A stretch of 19,141 bases of DNA from Octopus sinensis. Taxonomy: Eukaryota. This document shows positions 8,866 to 19,141 of the stretch, piece after piece. Made by a program: the position numbers and the translations under genes. Every line of letters starts with the position of its first letter. Within the stretch, counting starts at the first letter, position 1. The stretch covers positions 1 through 19,141 of the forward strand of contig NW_021824323.1 of assembly GCF_006345805.1 (NCBI RefSeq). The letters are read 5' to 3'. Under the pieces are notes generated by a model that was given only the letters and a program-made list of their open reading frames with translations, was not told where the DNA came from and ran no database searches.

Positions 8866-9169
8866 AATGTGTGCTGCACGTGCAGTGCTGACGTACCGAC
8901 GGCCAATTTGTAATCTCTATAATAACTCTGTTTACATAACTTTTCTCCTCCTCCTACCCCTCCCCATTATCTACCTCTCTCTCTCACTCTCTCTTTCTCT
9001 CTGACTCTTTCTCTCGCTCTCTGTCTATCTGTCTCTCTGCCTGCCTGTCTGTCTGTGCGTCTGCTGACAAACGAAGTCACCTTGGCCAACAGTGAAGTTG
9101 ACTTTGTCGAATGTTTCATAAACGTTCCATTCTATTGTATTCTATTTGAAGCCAACAAACCTAGCAACG

Positions 9170-9875
9170 CTCCCCCTCCACTAGTACCACCACCTGTGCC
9201 GCCGCCGCCACCACCATCACCACCGCTACATTTCAACTAAGCAACTCTCACTACAACCTTTACTACTACTACTAGTACTACTACTGACTACTACTACTAC
9301 CACTACTACTGCTGCTGCTGCTGCTGCAATCTCTGCCACCAATTCTGCCACCTCGACGACAACTAACGCTACCATCACCACTACCACAATCACAACCACC
9401 GTTACTACCATCACCACTAACACAACCACCCAACCACCATAGCCACCACTACCACCACCAACATCGCTACCATCACTACTACTAGAACCACCACAATCAC
9501 CACCACCACCGCCACCATTACCATCATCACCACTAGCACCACCGCCACCATCACCTCAACCACCACCACCACTAACTTCATCGCCACTATCATTGCTACA
9601 ACCACCACAACCACCACCACCACCACCACCTCCAACGCCACCATCATTACTAGCTATATCACTATTACCACCACTACTATAACTACTACACCACCACCAC
9701 CACAATCACCTTTGCCACCACCTCCATAACGACACCACCTGGACCGCCGCCGCTACCGCCATTACGGATTACATCACCACCATGACCAATCCATCGCCAC
9801 CACCATCTACATCACCATCGCTACTACCACTACTTCCACCACCACCACTCCACCAGCATCATCATCACTATCATC
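9170..9875. repeat. Long degenerate trinucleotide low-complexity tract (CAC/CTA/CAT/CTG/CCG)
   Basis: Strong 3-nt periodicity with frame slips and stops; no continuous ORF or identifiable splice frame. Confidence 0.9.
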
Positions 9876-9905
9876 TTGCAATAAGCGTCAAAGATGGTTC
9901 ATCAA

Positions 9906-9947
<42 letters not shown>

Positions 9948-10467
9948 CTATAGAGAAAGAAGGGGAGTATATGGATAAGATTTAATTGACGATGTGATCT
10001 GAAATTTGTTTCAGGCGAGGTGAGATCGACATAGAGTGGGTGGCAGGACGGATAAAACGGAGCAAGAGTGTGATCGTCCGGAAAAATAACTTATGCGATA
10101 GATTAGCGACCTATCCATAGTGACAAAATGGAATTTGAAATTTGCCCCTCATCTACTTCACACCAGGTTTGCATTAAAACTGTGCAACGCGGGGAACGAA
10201 TGGAAACGAGATGCTCGGACAGAAATGGGAATGGATCGTTACGTCACACGAAGAATTGATAATACCTTTTTAATCCAGTGTGAGGGGGATTATTAATCTC
10301 ATTTTCAGGAAATAAGTACCTTAGCCTACTATAGCACAGCTCACCTAGATACCGAAAATAGTTTGGCACTTTATCCAGAGAGTGGAAGAGGGTGGGGTAA
10401 AATGTTACTCACGTCAGGCCTTGACATAACTCTGTAGGTGTTTCTGCCGATACTTGACTGAAGAGGT

Positions 10468-10506
10468 TTATATATATATAATATAGATATATATATATAT
10501 ATATAG

Positions 10507-10537
<31 letters not shown>

Positions 10538-10604
10538 TATATATATATACACATACATACAACACCACACACACACACACACACACACATATATACATAT
10601 ACAC

Positions 10605-10635
<31 letters not shown>

Positions 10636-10650
10636 CATATATATATATAT

Positions 10651-10696
<46 letters not shown>

Positions 10697-10748
10697 GTAT
10701 ATACACACCCACATAATATAATATATATATATATATATATATAATATA
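10468..10748. repeat. (TA)n/(CA)n microsatellite
   Basis: Direct reading of the sequence. Confidence 0.92.
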
Positions 10749-10750
10749 TC

Positions 10751-11145
10751 TACTCTTACTCTTACTCTTTTACTTGTTTCAGTCATTTGACTGCGGCCAT
10801 GCTGGAGCACCGCCCTTTAATCGAGCAACTCGACCCCGGGACTTATTCTTTGTACGTACCCCAGTACTTATCTATCGGTCTCTTTTGCCGAACCGCTAAG
10901 TGACGGGGACATAAACACACCAGCATCGGTTGTCAAGCAATGCTCGGGGACAAACACAGACACACAAACACAGACACGCATACACACACATATATATACA
11001 TATATACGACGGGCTTCTTTCAGTTTCCGTCTACCAAATCCACTCACAAGGCTTTGGTCGGCCCGAGGCTATAGTAGAAGACACTTACCCAAGGTAACCA
11101 TGCGGTTGATAGACAAGCTACTTACCACACAGCCACTCCTGCGCC
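10751..11145 (-). mobile_element. SINE family C, near full length, B box deleted
   Basis: Reverse-complement homolog of 7522-7942 with a (GAGTAA)n tail. It lacks the ccgggtt.agtcccactgcgtggc segment near 11096. Confidence 0.92.
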
Positions 11146-11208
<63 letters not shown>

Positions 11209-11312
11209 TATGTATGTACATATTATATATATATGTGTGTGTCTAGCTATCTGTCTACCTATATATATATATATATATATATCCTTACACATATACATAT
11301 ATATGTATGTAC

Positions 11313-11344
<32 letters not shown>

Positions 11345-11371
11345 GTGTGTGTCTAGCTATCTATCTACCTA

Positions 11372-11424
<53 letters not shown>
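11146..11424. repeat. (TA)n-rich tract with an internal direct repeat
   Basis: atatgtgtgtgtctagctatct.tctacctatatat occurs at 11231 and 11341 (110-bp spacing). Confidence 0.88.
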
Positions 11425-11613
11425 TGCGTGGCACCTTGGCACCTGTCTTCTACTATAGCCTCGGCCAACCAAAGTGGATTTGGTAGACGGAACCTCAAAG
11501 AAGCCCGTTGTATGTATGTATGTATGTATGTATGTATGTGTAATGAGTGTATCTGTGCTCCCCCCCCCCCGCCGTTGCTTGACAACCAATGCTGGTGTGT
11601 TTATGCCCCCGTA
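11425..11613 (+). mobile_element. SINE family C internal fragment
   Basis: tgcgtggcaccttgg...tcttctactatagcctcggcc...ggatttggtagacggaa...gctggtgtgtttatg matches 7588-7785. Confidence 0.85.
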
Positions 11614-11784
11614 TTGAAGAATTCCAGTTAACTGGAATTCTTCAATAAGATAAGTTATGATTTTATTTTTCATTAATATTATTATATTTTATTCGATTAT
11701 TTAGTGCTAAGATACGTATATTTCTATATTTATTTGTTAAATTATTATATGTTTAGATACATACATTTATTTTATTATTATTTT

Positions 11785-11890
11785 ACACCTGAAGAGTGGC
11801 TATATTTTTAAATCGAATTAGTTTTCATAATATCGATTTTATTATTGTATTATTATCGATTTAAAGATATAGACACGAAACGCGCGTAGT
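11785..11890 (+). ncRNA. Minimal type I hammerhead ribozyme motif with intact catalytic core
   Basis: CTGAAGA (11789-11795); 21-bp stem II (11796-11816 with 11856-11876, one mismatch and one G-U); GAAA (11877-11880); palindromic stem III ACGCGCGT; GUA triplet ending at 11888. Stem I is weak. Confidence 0.78.
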
Positions 11891-11896
11891 CAATTT

Positions 11897-11965
11897 AATC
11901 CTTAAATCCTTAAAATCCTTCAAAATGTTTTAGCCAGAAGGCCACGGCCATGCTGGGGCACCATT
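11897..11965 (-). mobile_element. About 70-bp 3' stub of CR1-group LINE family 1
   Basis: Matches 2773-2830 (aatccttaaatcctt...aatgttttagcc.gaaggcc.cggccatgctggggcacca); imperfect 14-bp TSD GTAGTCAATTTAAT (11886-11899) and GTAGTATATTTAAT (11966-11979). Confidence 0.88.
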
Positions 11966-13151
11966 GTAGTATATTTAATTTTTTTCTATATGGTGTATAT
12001 AATGTATTTCGCTATTGAATTACTTTATAGAGGTTATTTCTCTTAATCATATATATATATATACATATATATGCACACACACATAACAAGAAGCTTTAAT
12101 TACAAATCACAACACTTGTTTCTGTGTGTAGTGACAACAGCAGCAATCTGTCTGAGTGCGCAAACTGAATGTCTGCCTGTCTGTATGTGTATATACACAG
12201 TGAGTGAGTGTGTGTGTGTGCGTGTGTCTCTGACAAGAAAAAAAAAACTCAGAGAGGACCGAGACATGAATTTGAGCAGCCAAGTCGAATAAAGATATAG
12301 TAAATGTTAAATCACAGATATTCATGTCCAATTGAATCTATGTTCACTTCGAGAGAAGGTAAACAAACACCTAACGGTAATTGCAGCCGGCTCTAGGTAT
12401 AAAGTGGAGATAATCTCAAAGAATGAACAATCAATGTCTTGAAGTAATTGGCCTTTAAGGAAAAGACTATCTGTATTTTTTTGAGGATAAGAGTATAACT
12501 TTAGGCATATGATTAAAACCACATCATGTGCATTACTTTAAAAATTCCGAGAACTATATTTTCAGGTGTGAAGACCTGTTGTTTACGCGTCTCATAATTG
12601 ATTTACTGGATTGAAAAGTCTTAACAGATATACAAATGTCATACTGTCACGTGAACTGATACAGATATATAACGCGCAGCTGTTGTTATATGACAAAGTG
12701 GCATGACAAACGCACCAAACTAACACAACAATAACGTTTCATGTAGACACACAGTGTTGATATGCAGATGTCAGGAAAAAACTAACGAAATCTTATGACT
12801 GACCTCATTGCTGCCTTCAGCTAATGAAGTTGTACCTTAACTGTTGGAAAATTGAGCTGTAATTCTCTCTATATAAAGAAGTGAATTGACAAATTCCAGT
12901 CACATTCGAGAGACTTAGGACACAGCACCTCATTCGTTCGACTTACACAACTTTTCAAAATCATGAAATTGTGAAACTGGTTAAATAAGTATTCCTAAAG
13001 ATACCAAGAGCATTTTCAACTTCACTTCATATTTCTATTAGCTTGAAAAAAACTGATTTTCTTGAATGTATGCATGTGTGTATGCATGTATGTATTTATG
13101 CATGTATACATACATCTACAACATACAAAATACATACATATATATATATAT

Positions 13152-13214
<63 letters not shown>

Positions 13215-13404
13215 TTATTTATATGAATGTTGTGTGTCCCAAAAAGGAATAAGAAACGCAACGGACAGAAAAAAGCAGGACGGATCATTCGAGGCCCTTT
13301 GATAGATAGATAGATATAGCTAGAGATGCATACATACATATATACATACACATACACACAGATTTTGTATACATACATTTGTCTAAACGTATATATGTAT
13401 ATAT

Positions 13405-13518
13405 ATCACGTGATCACGTGACCGACCAGTCCATCAGATGTAGTTACACATCGCTGGTCACAATGCGTTCGCATTGTTTTAGCCTTCGAATCACGCCACC
13501 CCGCTGGCTAGCGAGCAG

Positions 13519-13522
<4 letters not shown>
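13405..13522 (-). mobile_element. SINE family B, 5'-truncated copy in (TA)n
   Basis: Its reverse complement matches about 6852-6964, including the ACAATGCG/CGCATTGT hairpin; the tail is CACGTGAT repeated. Confidence 0.88.
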
Positions 13523-13602
<80 letters not shown>

Positions 13603-13969
13603 TATACATACATATATATATGAAACCGGTACTGAAATGTTCTTTATAAAATTATTTTAGCATTTTCTATTTTGACTTGTTTTTTCATATATATATATAT
13701 GTGTGTATATATATATACACACACATATATAATTCTATGTATATGTATGTTTGTGTGTGTACGTGTGTATGTGTGTTTGCAGGTGCGACTCACATGCACA
13801 CACACACATCCACATTAGCCGCTTTCGCTGGTCAAAGGGTGAATGTTCTTTGTCACCTGTCAATCTTTCAACTAGCAACAACAGCCTTCATCAAAAGCAC
13901 CGCAGGAACGGTGAAAAGCAAACGCTCAGTATTATATGATTGATTGTTCGTGTGTGTGCGTGTGTGTGT

Positions 13970-14010
<41 letters not shown>

Positions 14011-14138
14011 TTTGTGTGTTCGTGCGCGTGCGCACGCGCGTGGTTAAATGTGCAAGGGTGGGCTTATTAAAGCCGAAAAAAGAACAGTTTATTTCAGTTT
14101 AAATAAAATATTAATGTATGTGTGTGTGTGTGTGTACC

Positions 14139-14402
14139 CTTTATTCTTTTACTCTTTTACTTGTTTCAGTCAAGTGACTGTGGTCATGCTGGAGCACCGC
14201 CTTTAGTTGATCGAGCAAATCGATCCCAGGACTTATTCTTTGTAAGCCTAGTATTTATTCTATCGGTCTCTTTTGCCGAACTGCTAAGTTACAGGGACGT
14301 AAACACACCGCCATCAGTGTCAAGCGATGCTGGGGGGGGGGGGAAATACACCACACACACCCACCCACGCGCATATATACATACGACGGGTTTCTTTCAG
14401 TT
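14139..14402 (-). mobile_element. SINE family C, 5'-truncated
   Basis: cttttacttgtttcagtc...catgctggagcaccgcc...acgacgggtttctttcagtt matches 10767-11026. Confidence 0.9.
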
Positions 14403-15659
14403 ATATATATATATACATATATATATATAATAAATAATGTTTTTTATCTATAATGAACGTGGAATACGGAAGGACGAACACGGAACACAGACAAATATTC
14501 GAAGCCTTCAATCTTCACATTCAGACACCGATCATCATAGCAAATTCGGCTGTTCAATTCTGATATTTGCTCCAACTCGGGCAGCCCCAAGACAACTAAG
14601 CTGTTAAGCATTAGATTTTCTTTAGAGACAGGAATTAACGCACATACGGATTGATACAAGAGACGAAAACGAAATAACAGTAATATAAACCTAACATATA
14701 TAACGGTGTTTGTCATACGTTAGACAAATGATAGCTATAATTACGAGCGGGGACACATGTGGTCGAGATACGAGGCCAACAGAATGGTTAAGAAGCATAG
14801 TGAGGAGAGAGAGAAGAGAGACGATAGAGAGGGAATCAAAGAGGGTGAGGCAGGGTCATTGACCAATAGTTCAGGAGGATGTGATGTGGGAATATCGCGC
14901 CAAAAAGTTGGTAAGAAGCAATGGCGGTATAAAGACAGTGTGTATAGGTCGTGCAGGGTTTCAAAATTTATATATATATATATATATACATATACATACA
15001 TACATACTATTATATATATATGTAGTTATATATACACTATGGATGTGTTGTATATTCACACAGCACATATATATATGTATATATATATATATACACATGT
15101 ATGTGCATTTGTGTGTGTGTGTTTGTGTGTCTGTACATGTCAGTAGGGACCAAAGCAATGATTCTTTTAGGTGTAAATCAGCGAAATATTCTCACACTTT
15201 CATCTCTGCCTTTTTACAACTCTTTCCCTCTCTTTCATCTCTCCCTTTCTCCCCCTCTCAATGTGTCGCTGTTTCTCTTCCTTTTCATACCCGTCTAACC
15301 CAGATACCCACCCGTCCCGTCTCACAACACACACTACTAACCTACATTGCATTACACGTCTGTCTGTACTGTGTCTGAGGAGAGTGGACGGAGGGCGAGG
15401 GATAGAAAGAGCGGAGGGAGAGTGGGAATCAGCAAGAGAGAGAGAGAGAAATAGAGGGATAGAAAGAGTGACAAAGAACCATAGAGAAAGACGGAGGATG
15501 GGGAGACTATGTGACATAATCAGAGGGAGAGGAGTAGGGGGGATATCATGCCCCCTCCCACCTCAGTTTTCCACCTTTTTCTTTACATTTCCTCCTTATA
15601 GCTGCCAGTACTATTCCACTGAACATGCGTTTTGCGTGTAGTTATACGTAGGAACGTGT

Positions 15660-15842
15660 GAATGTATGTATGTATGTATGTACGTATGTATGTACGTATG
15701 TATGTATGTACGTATGAAGGTATGCATGTGTGTGTATGTATGTACGTGGAAGTGTGTTTGTGTATGTATGTATTTATGTATGTATGTGTTTGTGTATGAT
15801 TGTATGTATGTGTTTGTGTATGTACGTATGTATGTATGTACG

Positions 15843-15874
<32 letters not shown>

Positions 15875-16121
15875 CGTGTGTGTATGTATGTATATGTGTA
15901 TGTATGTATTTATGAATGTATGTGTTTGTGTATGAATGTATGTATGTGTTTGTGTATATATGTATGTTTGTATTATGTGTGTATATGTGCATGCATACAT
16001 ATGTACGTGTGTGCGTGTGTATGTATGTATGATCACGTTTAAGCATATAAATATACGTATGCATGTAGTAATGTATTGGTGCATGTATGTACTATGTATC
16101 TATCTTCCGATGTATGTAATA

Positions 16122-16163
<42 letters not shown>

Positions 16164-16339
16164 TATACAAACACACACGCCACATGTTTATGCATGTGCA
16201 TGTATTATTATGAGCATGAATCTTGTAACGTACGTAACTTCACGTGTGTATGAACGTGTGTGTATGTCTGATTGAATGTCTGGGTTTGTGCACATGAGAC
16301 TAAGTATGCATGAAATCAAATGCATGTATATATATATAC

Positions 16340-16382
<43 letters not shown>

Positions 16383-16556
16383 TATATATATATATCTATA
16401 TACACACCACACAATATATATATATATATATAATATATATATACATACACACAATATATCTATCTATCTATAAATATATAAATATATTATATATATATAT
16501 ATATGTACACCCACACATATATCTTATCTAATCCTATCTATCTATCTATCTATCTA

Positions 16557-16599
<43 letters not shown>

Positions 16600-16684
16600 A
16601 CACACACAATATATCTATCTATATATATAGATATATATAGATATATATATACACACACACACAATAATCTAATCTATATATATA
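15660..16684. repeat. Extended (TATG)n, (TA)n and (TATC)n microsatellite field
   Basis: Direct reading; explains the CMYV and HTYI ORFs. Confidence 0.92.
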
Positions 16685-17576
16685 TACTTTGATACTTTGA
16701 TACTTTGATAGGTTTCGGCCATTATTGGCCCAGGCCATGTCTAACTTAATAGCACCACCTGGTGAAGTCTTTCAAGTCAGAATTTGGGCACTATGGGCCA
16801 CTCAAGTAGAGAGTTATTGTTTACAGAGACATATCCGGTGTAGGGGGTTTTACCGGGATTTCTTGAAGGAATCTGTCCAAAGACTTCTTGAACCCTATAG
16901 GGTCAGTTTCTGTTTTAATGTGTTTTGGTGTAATGTTAAAGAGAGCGCTGGGCCAATTGAGGTAAATAAATTGTGCCGTATTGTTGTATGAGATGAGAGT
17001 GCGATTTTTTTTTTGGGCGGATGGCACGGGGCCCAAGCCTTGGATGTACCTTAAAGTGATGCCAACATCATTTGGCAATGCTGATGGAATATTTTCCACA
17101 TCATGCAGATGATGTAGCGCTCACGACGACGTTGGAGAGAATAAAGTTTTAGCTTTTCTAGTCGACCCCAATAGTCGAGGCCTGTCATGCCATCTATCTT
17201 TTTGTGATTGCCCTTTGAGGTGCTTCAACTTTTATGATACCTTGTATGTGTGGGGAGACCACAGTGGACAACAGTATTCAAGGTGGGGTCGGGCAAAAGT
17301 GGAGAAGAGAAGGATAATGGTGTGTATATCTCTCGATTGGAAAGTTCTGAGAATCCAGGAACATATTCTGCTGGCCATGTGTTTATATGAGTGGCCCAGC
17401 TTATGTTGTTGTCCACAATTACTCCCAAGTCTCTGATGTTGTTGGACGCCGCGAGAGTTTCACCTGAAGGAAGGGAGTATGGGAGTTTCAGGGCATCCTC
17501 TTTTCCAAAGTGGATTAACTCAAATTTATCCTCGTTCAGCAGCATATTGTTTTTTTCTGCCCATTGGATAATAGCC
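16685..17576 (-). mobile_element. 5'-truncated CR1-group LINE, family 2, frameshifted, with octamer tail
   Basis: Pieces in several frames: QWAEKNNMLLNEDKFELIHFG...IRDLGVIVD; WILRTFQSRD...RPHLEYCCPLWSP; DYWGRLEKLKLYSLQRRRERY; FKKSLDRFLQEIP. Tail (ATCAAAGT)3; TA tracts on both sides. Confidence 0.92.
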
Positions 17577-17687
17577 ATATATATATATACACACACAATA
17601 TCTATCTATATATCAATCTATATGTATATATATATATATGTATATAATAAAAAAGGTTTGAAAATGCAATTTAAACGATGTTTATTT

Positions 17688-17727
17688 ACTTAACCGGTTT
17701 CACTCTTTGGTAAAGATTGTCAAAGTT
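17688..17727 (-). ncRNA. Degenerate minimal hammerhead-like motif
   Basis: Minus strand reads aact-TTGACAA-TCTTT-acc-AAAGA-gt-GAAA-CCGG-T-taagt, with stem II and palindromic ACCGGT present. The core differs from CTGACGA at two positions. Confidence 0.4.
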
Positions 17728-17756
17728 CAATTAAGGAAACTTGAATAATAGGGTTC

Positions 17757-17873
17757 AAAAAAAGTTTTTTACATAATTGTCACATTGAATATTATGCATT
17801 CAAAATTTTTTTACATAATTGTCACATTGGATATTATGAATCCAAAATTTTTTTTGTACATAATTGTCACATT
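17757..17873. repeat. Minisatellite, about 2.7 copies of a 42-45 bp unit
   Basis: ACATAATTGTCACATT at 17771, 17813 and 17858; an isolated AATTGTCACATT at 18000. Confidence 0.88.
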
Positions 17874-19019
17874 CATGTATAATATATTGTTTGGTACAGA
17901 GAAGTTCAATAGTGTGATGAGAATATTTGGGAAAATTTGGCAGAAAAGGATAAAACAAATATATTATTGGGATTTTTGCGTTAATTATTGGTTGTCGCAA
18001 ATTGTCACATTACATGTATATATATACAATCTTTGGTATATATATACAGCCTTTTGACAGCAAAATTAAAATGGATTTTTAATACACTCAGATATTTTAA
18101 GTTCAAGGCGAGAATATGTTTTTACTGACCTGCGGTATATAATATATATAATTGGACATACATCTATGCACACACATATATACACACATACTCACATACA
18201 TTCATCGGACCACTGACACCCAGACATACACACAGACACACTCACACATCCACACACATACATACTTACGCGCACTCGCAGGCGCGCGCCACACGCGCTT
18301 GCGCCGGTTCGCGCACGCATACGCGCTGCATGCACCTCGCTCTTGGACCCGACGGACCTCCCGCTCGTTCCTGGACCATCGCCTGTCGTTGGGTTCCCCA
18401 CGCCCGTCTCCGCGGGACCACTCTTCCATCTTCCCCTCAGCTGGAGTCCTTTTCCTTACCCCCCTTTTTGTTACACACGCGCGCGACACATACACACACC
18501 CACTCACACACACACATTGCTTAAATATATACTTACTCTTACACACATTCAATCTACTCGCCATTAATACTACCACGACACTGGACACACACACACACTA
18601 CTACTCAACACACGCTGGCACGCTACATACGCCCCCCACCCCTTCCCCTCCCTCCCTTCCTCCTTCCCTTCATTTTCTTACTAACTACTGGCCACTGTCT
18701 GCTATGCCTACTACTGTCTCGCCCTACCTCACACGCTCTACACACAGACGCACACACTAACACATACATATATTTTTTGTTTTTTAATCTCGCCTCACAC
18801 ACACATACACACACGCACACGCACACACTCACACATACACACACAATCTGTTGCGTTACCAACCCTGTCTCCACTCTTTTGGCTTTAAAACCTACTTTGC
18901 TCTTGTTATCGTATACGTCCGCCTTTCACCATGTGTACTTCGTAACACCAGTCGTTTTTTTTCTCTCATCTCCTGTTGCCGCGCTTGGGATCTTTCTTTC
19001 CTCTCTCTTCCTTCTTTAT

Positions 19020-19056
19020 GTTTCCGACGAGAAGCTCTCGCTCGAAACGTCATAAC
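19020..19056 (+). ncRNA. Degenerate minimal hammerhead-like motif at the end of a CA/CT-rich repeat element (about 18150-19141)
   Basis: gttt-CCGACGA-gaagc-tctc-gctc-GAAA-CG-TC-ataac, with palindromic ACGT stem III and GUC triplet. The core carries a U4-to-C change. Confidence 0.55.
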
Positions 19057-19141
19057 TTCCTGCTTCCTATTTCCTGAGCGCCTATTAATAATAATACTGT
19101 AATTGTTCCACTGTTGTTGTTTTTTTTGTTTTCCCGTTTGG

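Larger units (their letters stand above)
11612..12048 (+). mobile_element. Non-coding PLE-like element (pseudo-LTR or retrozyme-like) with 5' palindrome and hammerhead motif
   Basis: It starts with a perfect 36-bp palindrome, contains the hammerhead at 11785-11890, and ends atagaggttatttctcttaatc in (TA)n, similar to the end at 7471-7492. Confidence 0.55.

Noticed and set aside
10005-10170. Possible exon after tttgtttcag
   Set aside because: All three frames hit stops before the next good donor, and the peptide is unrecognisable.
14460-14965. Further hammerhead or PLE-like relic near 14490-14530, and gactgaagagg at about 10456
   Set aside because: Cores and stems are too eroded or truncated to call.
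22-16531. Many ORFs rich in YI, HT, CV or MYV dipeptides
   Set aside because: They are translations of stop-free microsatellites, not genes.
17757-17873. CRISPR-like array
   Set aside because: The intervening sequences resemble each other (a tandem repeat), the context is eukaryotic, and there are no cas genes.
18152-18760. 202-aa ORF as a protein-coding gene
   Set aside because: Non-ATG start, His/Thr bias from CA repeats, and no domain motif.

Overview
AT-rich, microsatellite-dense animal genomic DNA. It is most likely intronic or intergenic octopus (coleoid cephalopod) sequence; this is inferred from my recollection of the SINE families, not from a search. I find no intact host gene, and most ORFs in the track are translations of (TA)n, (CA)n, (TATG)n or (CAC)n tracts. 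The window is a dense record of mobile elements. It holds a Penelope-like (Naiad-type) GIY-YIG remnant and several minimal hammerhead-ribozyme motifs, one with an intact core. It also holds two CR1-group LINE 3' fragments plus a short stub, a Dong/R4-type restriction-like-endonuclease LINE fragment fused behind a SINE, and three tRNA-derived SINE families. DNA elements include two copies of a TIR MITE with 8-bp TSDs carrying TTAGGG repeats, and an old hAT-like MITE hit by three later insertions. The most interesting signals are the ribozyme-bearing PLE-like elements, the 3' motif shared by LINEs and a SINE, the telomeric-repeat MITE and the SINE/LINE chimera. I cannot show from sequence alone that any of these is undescribed.
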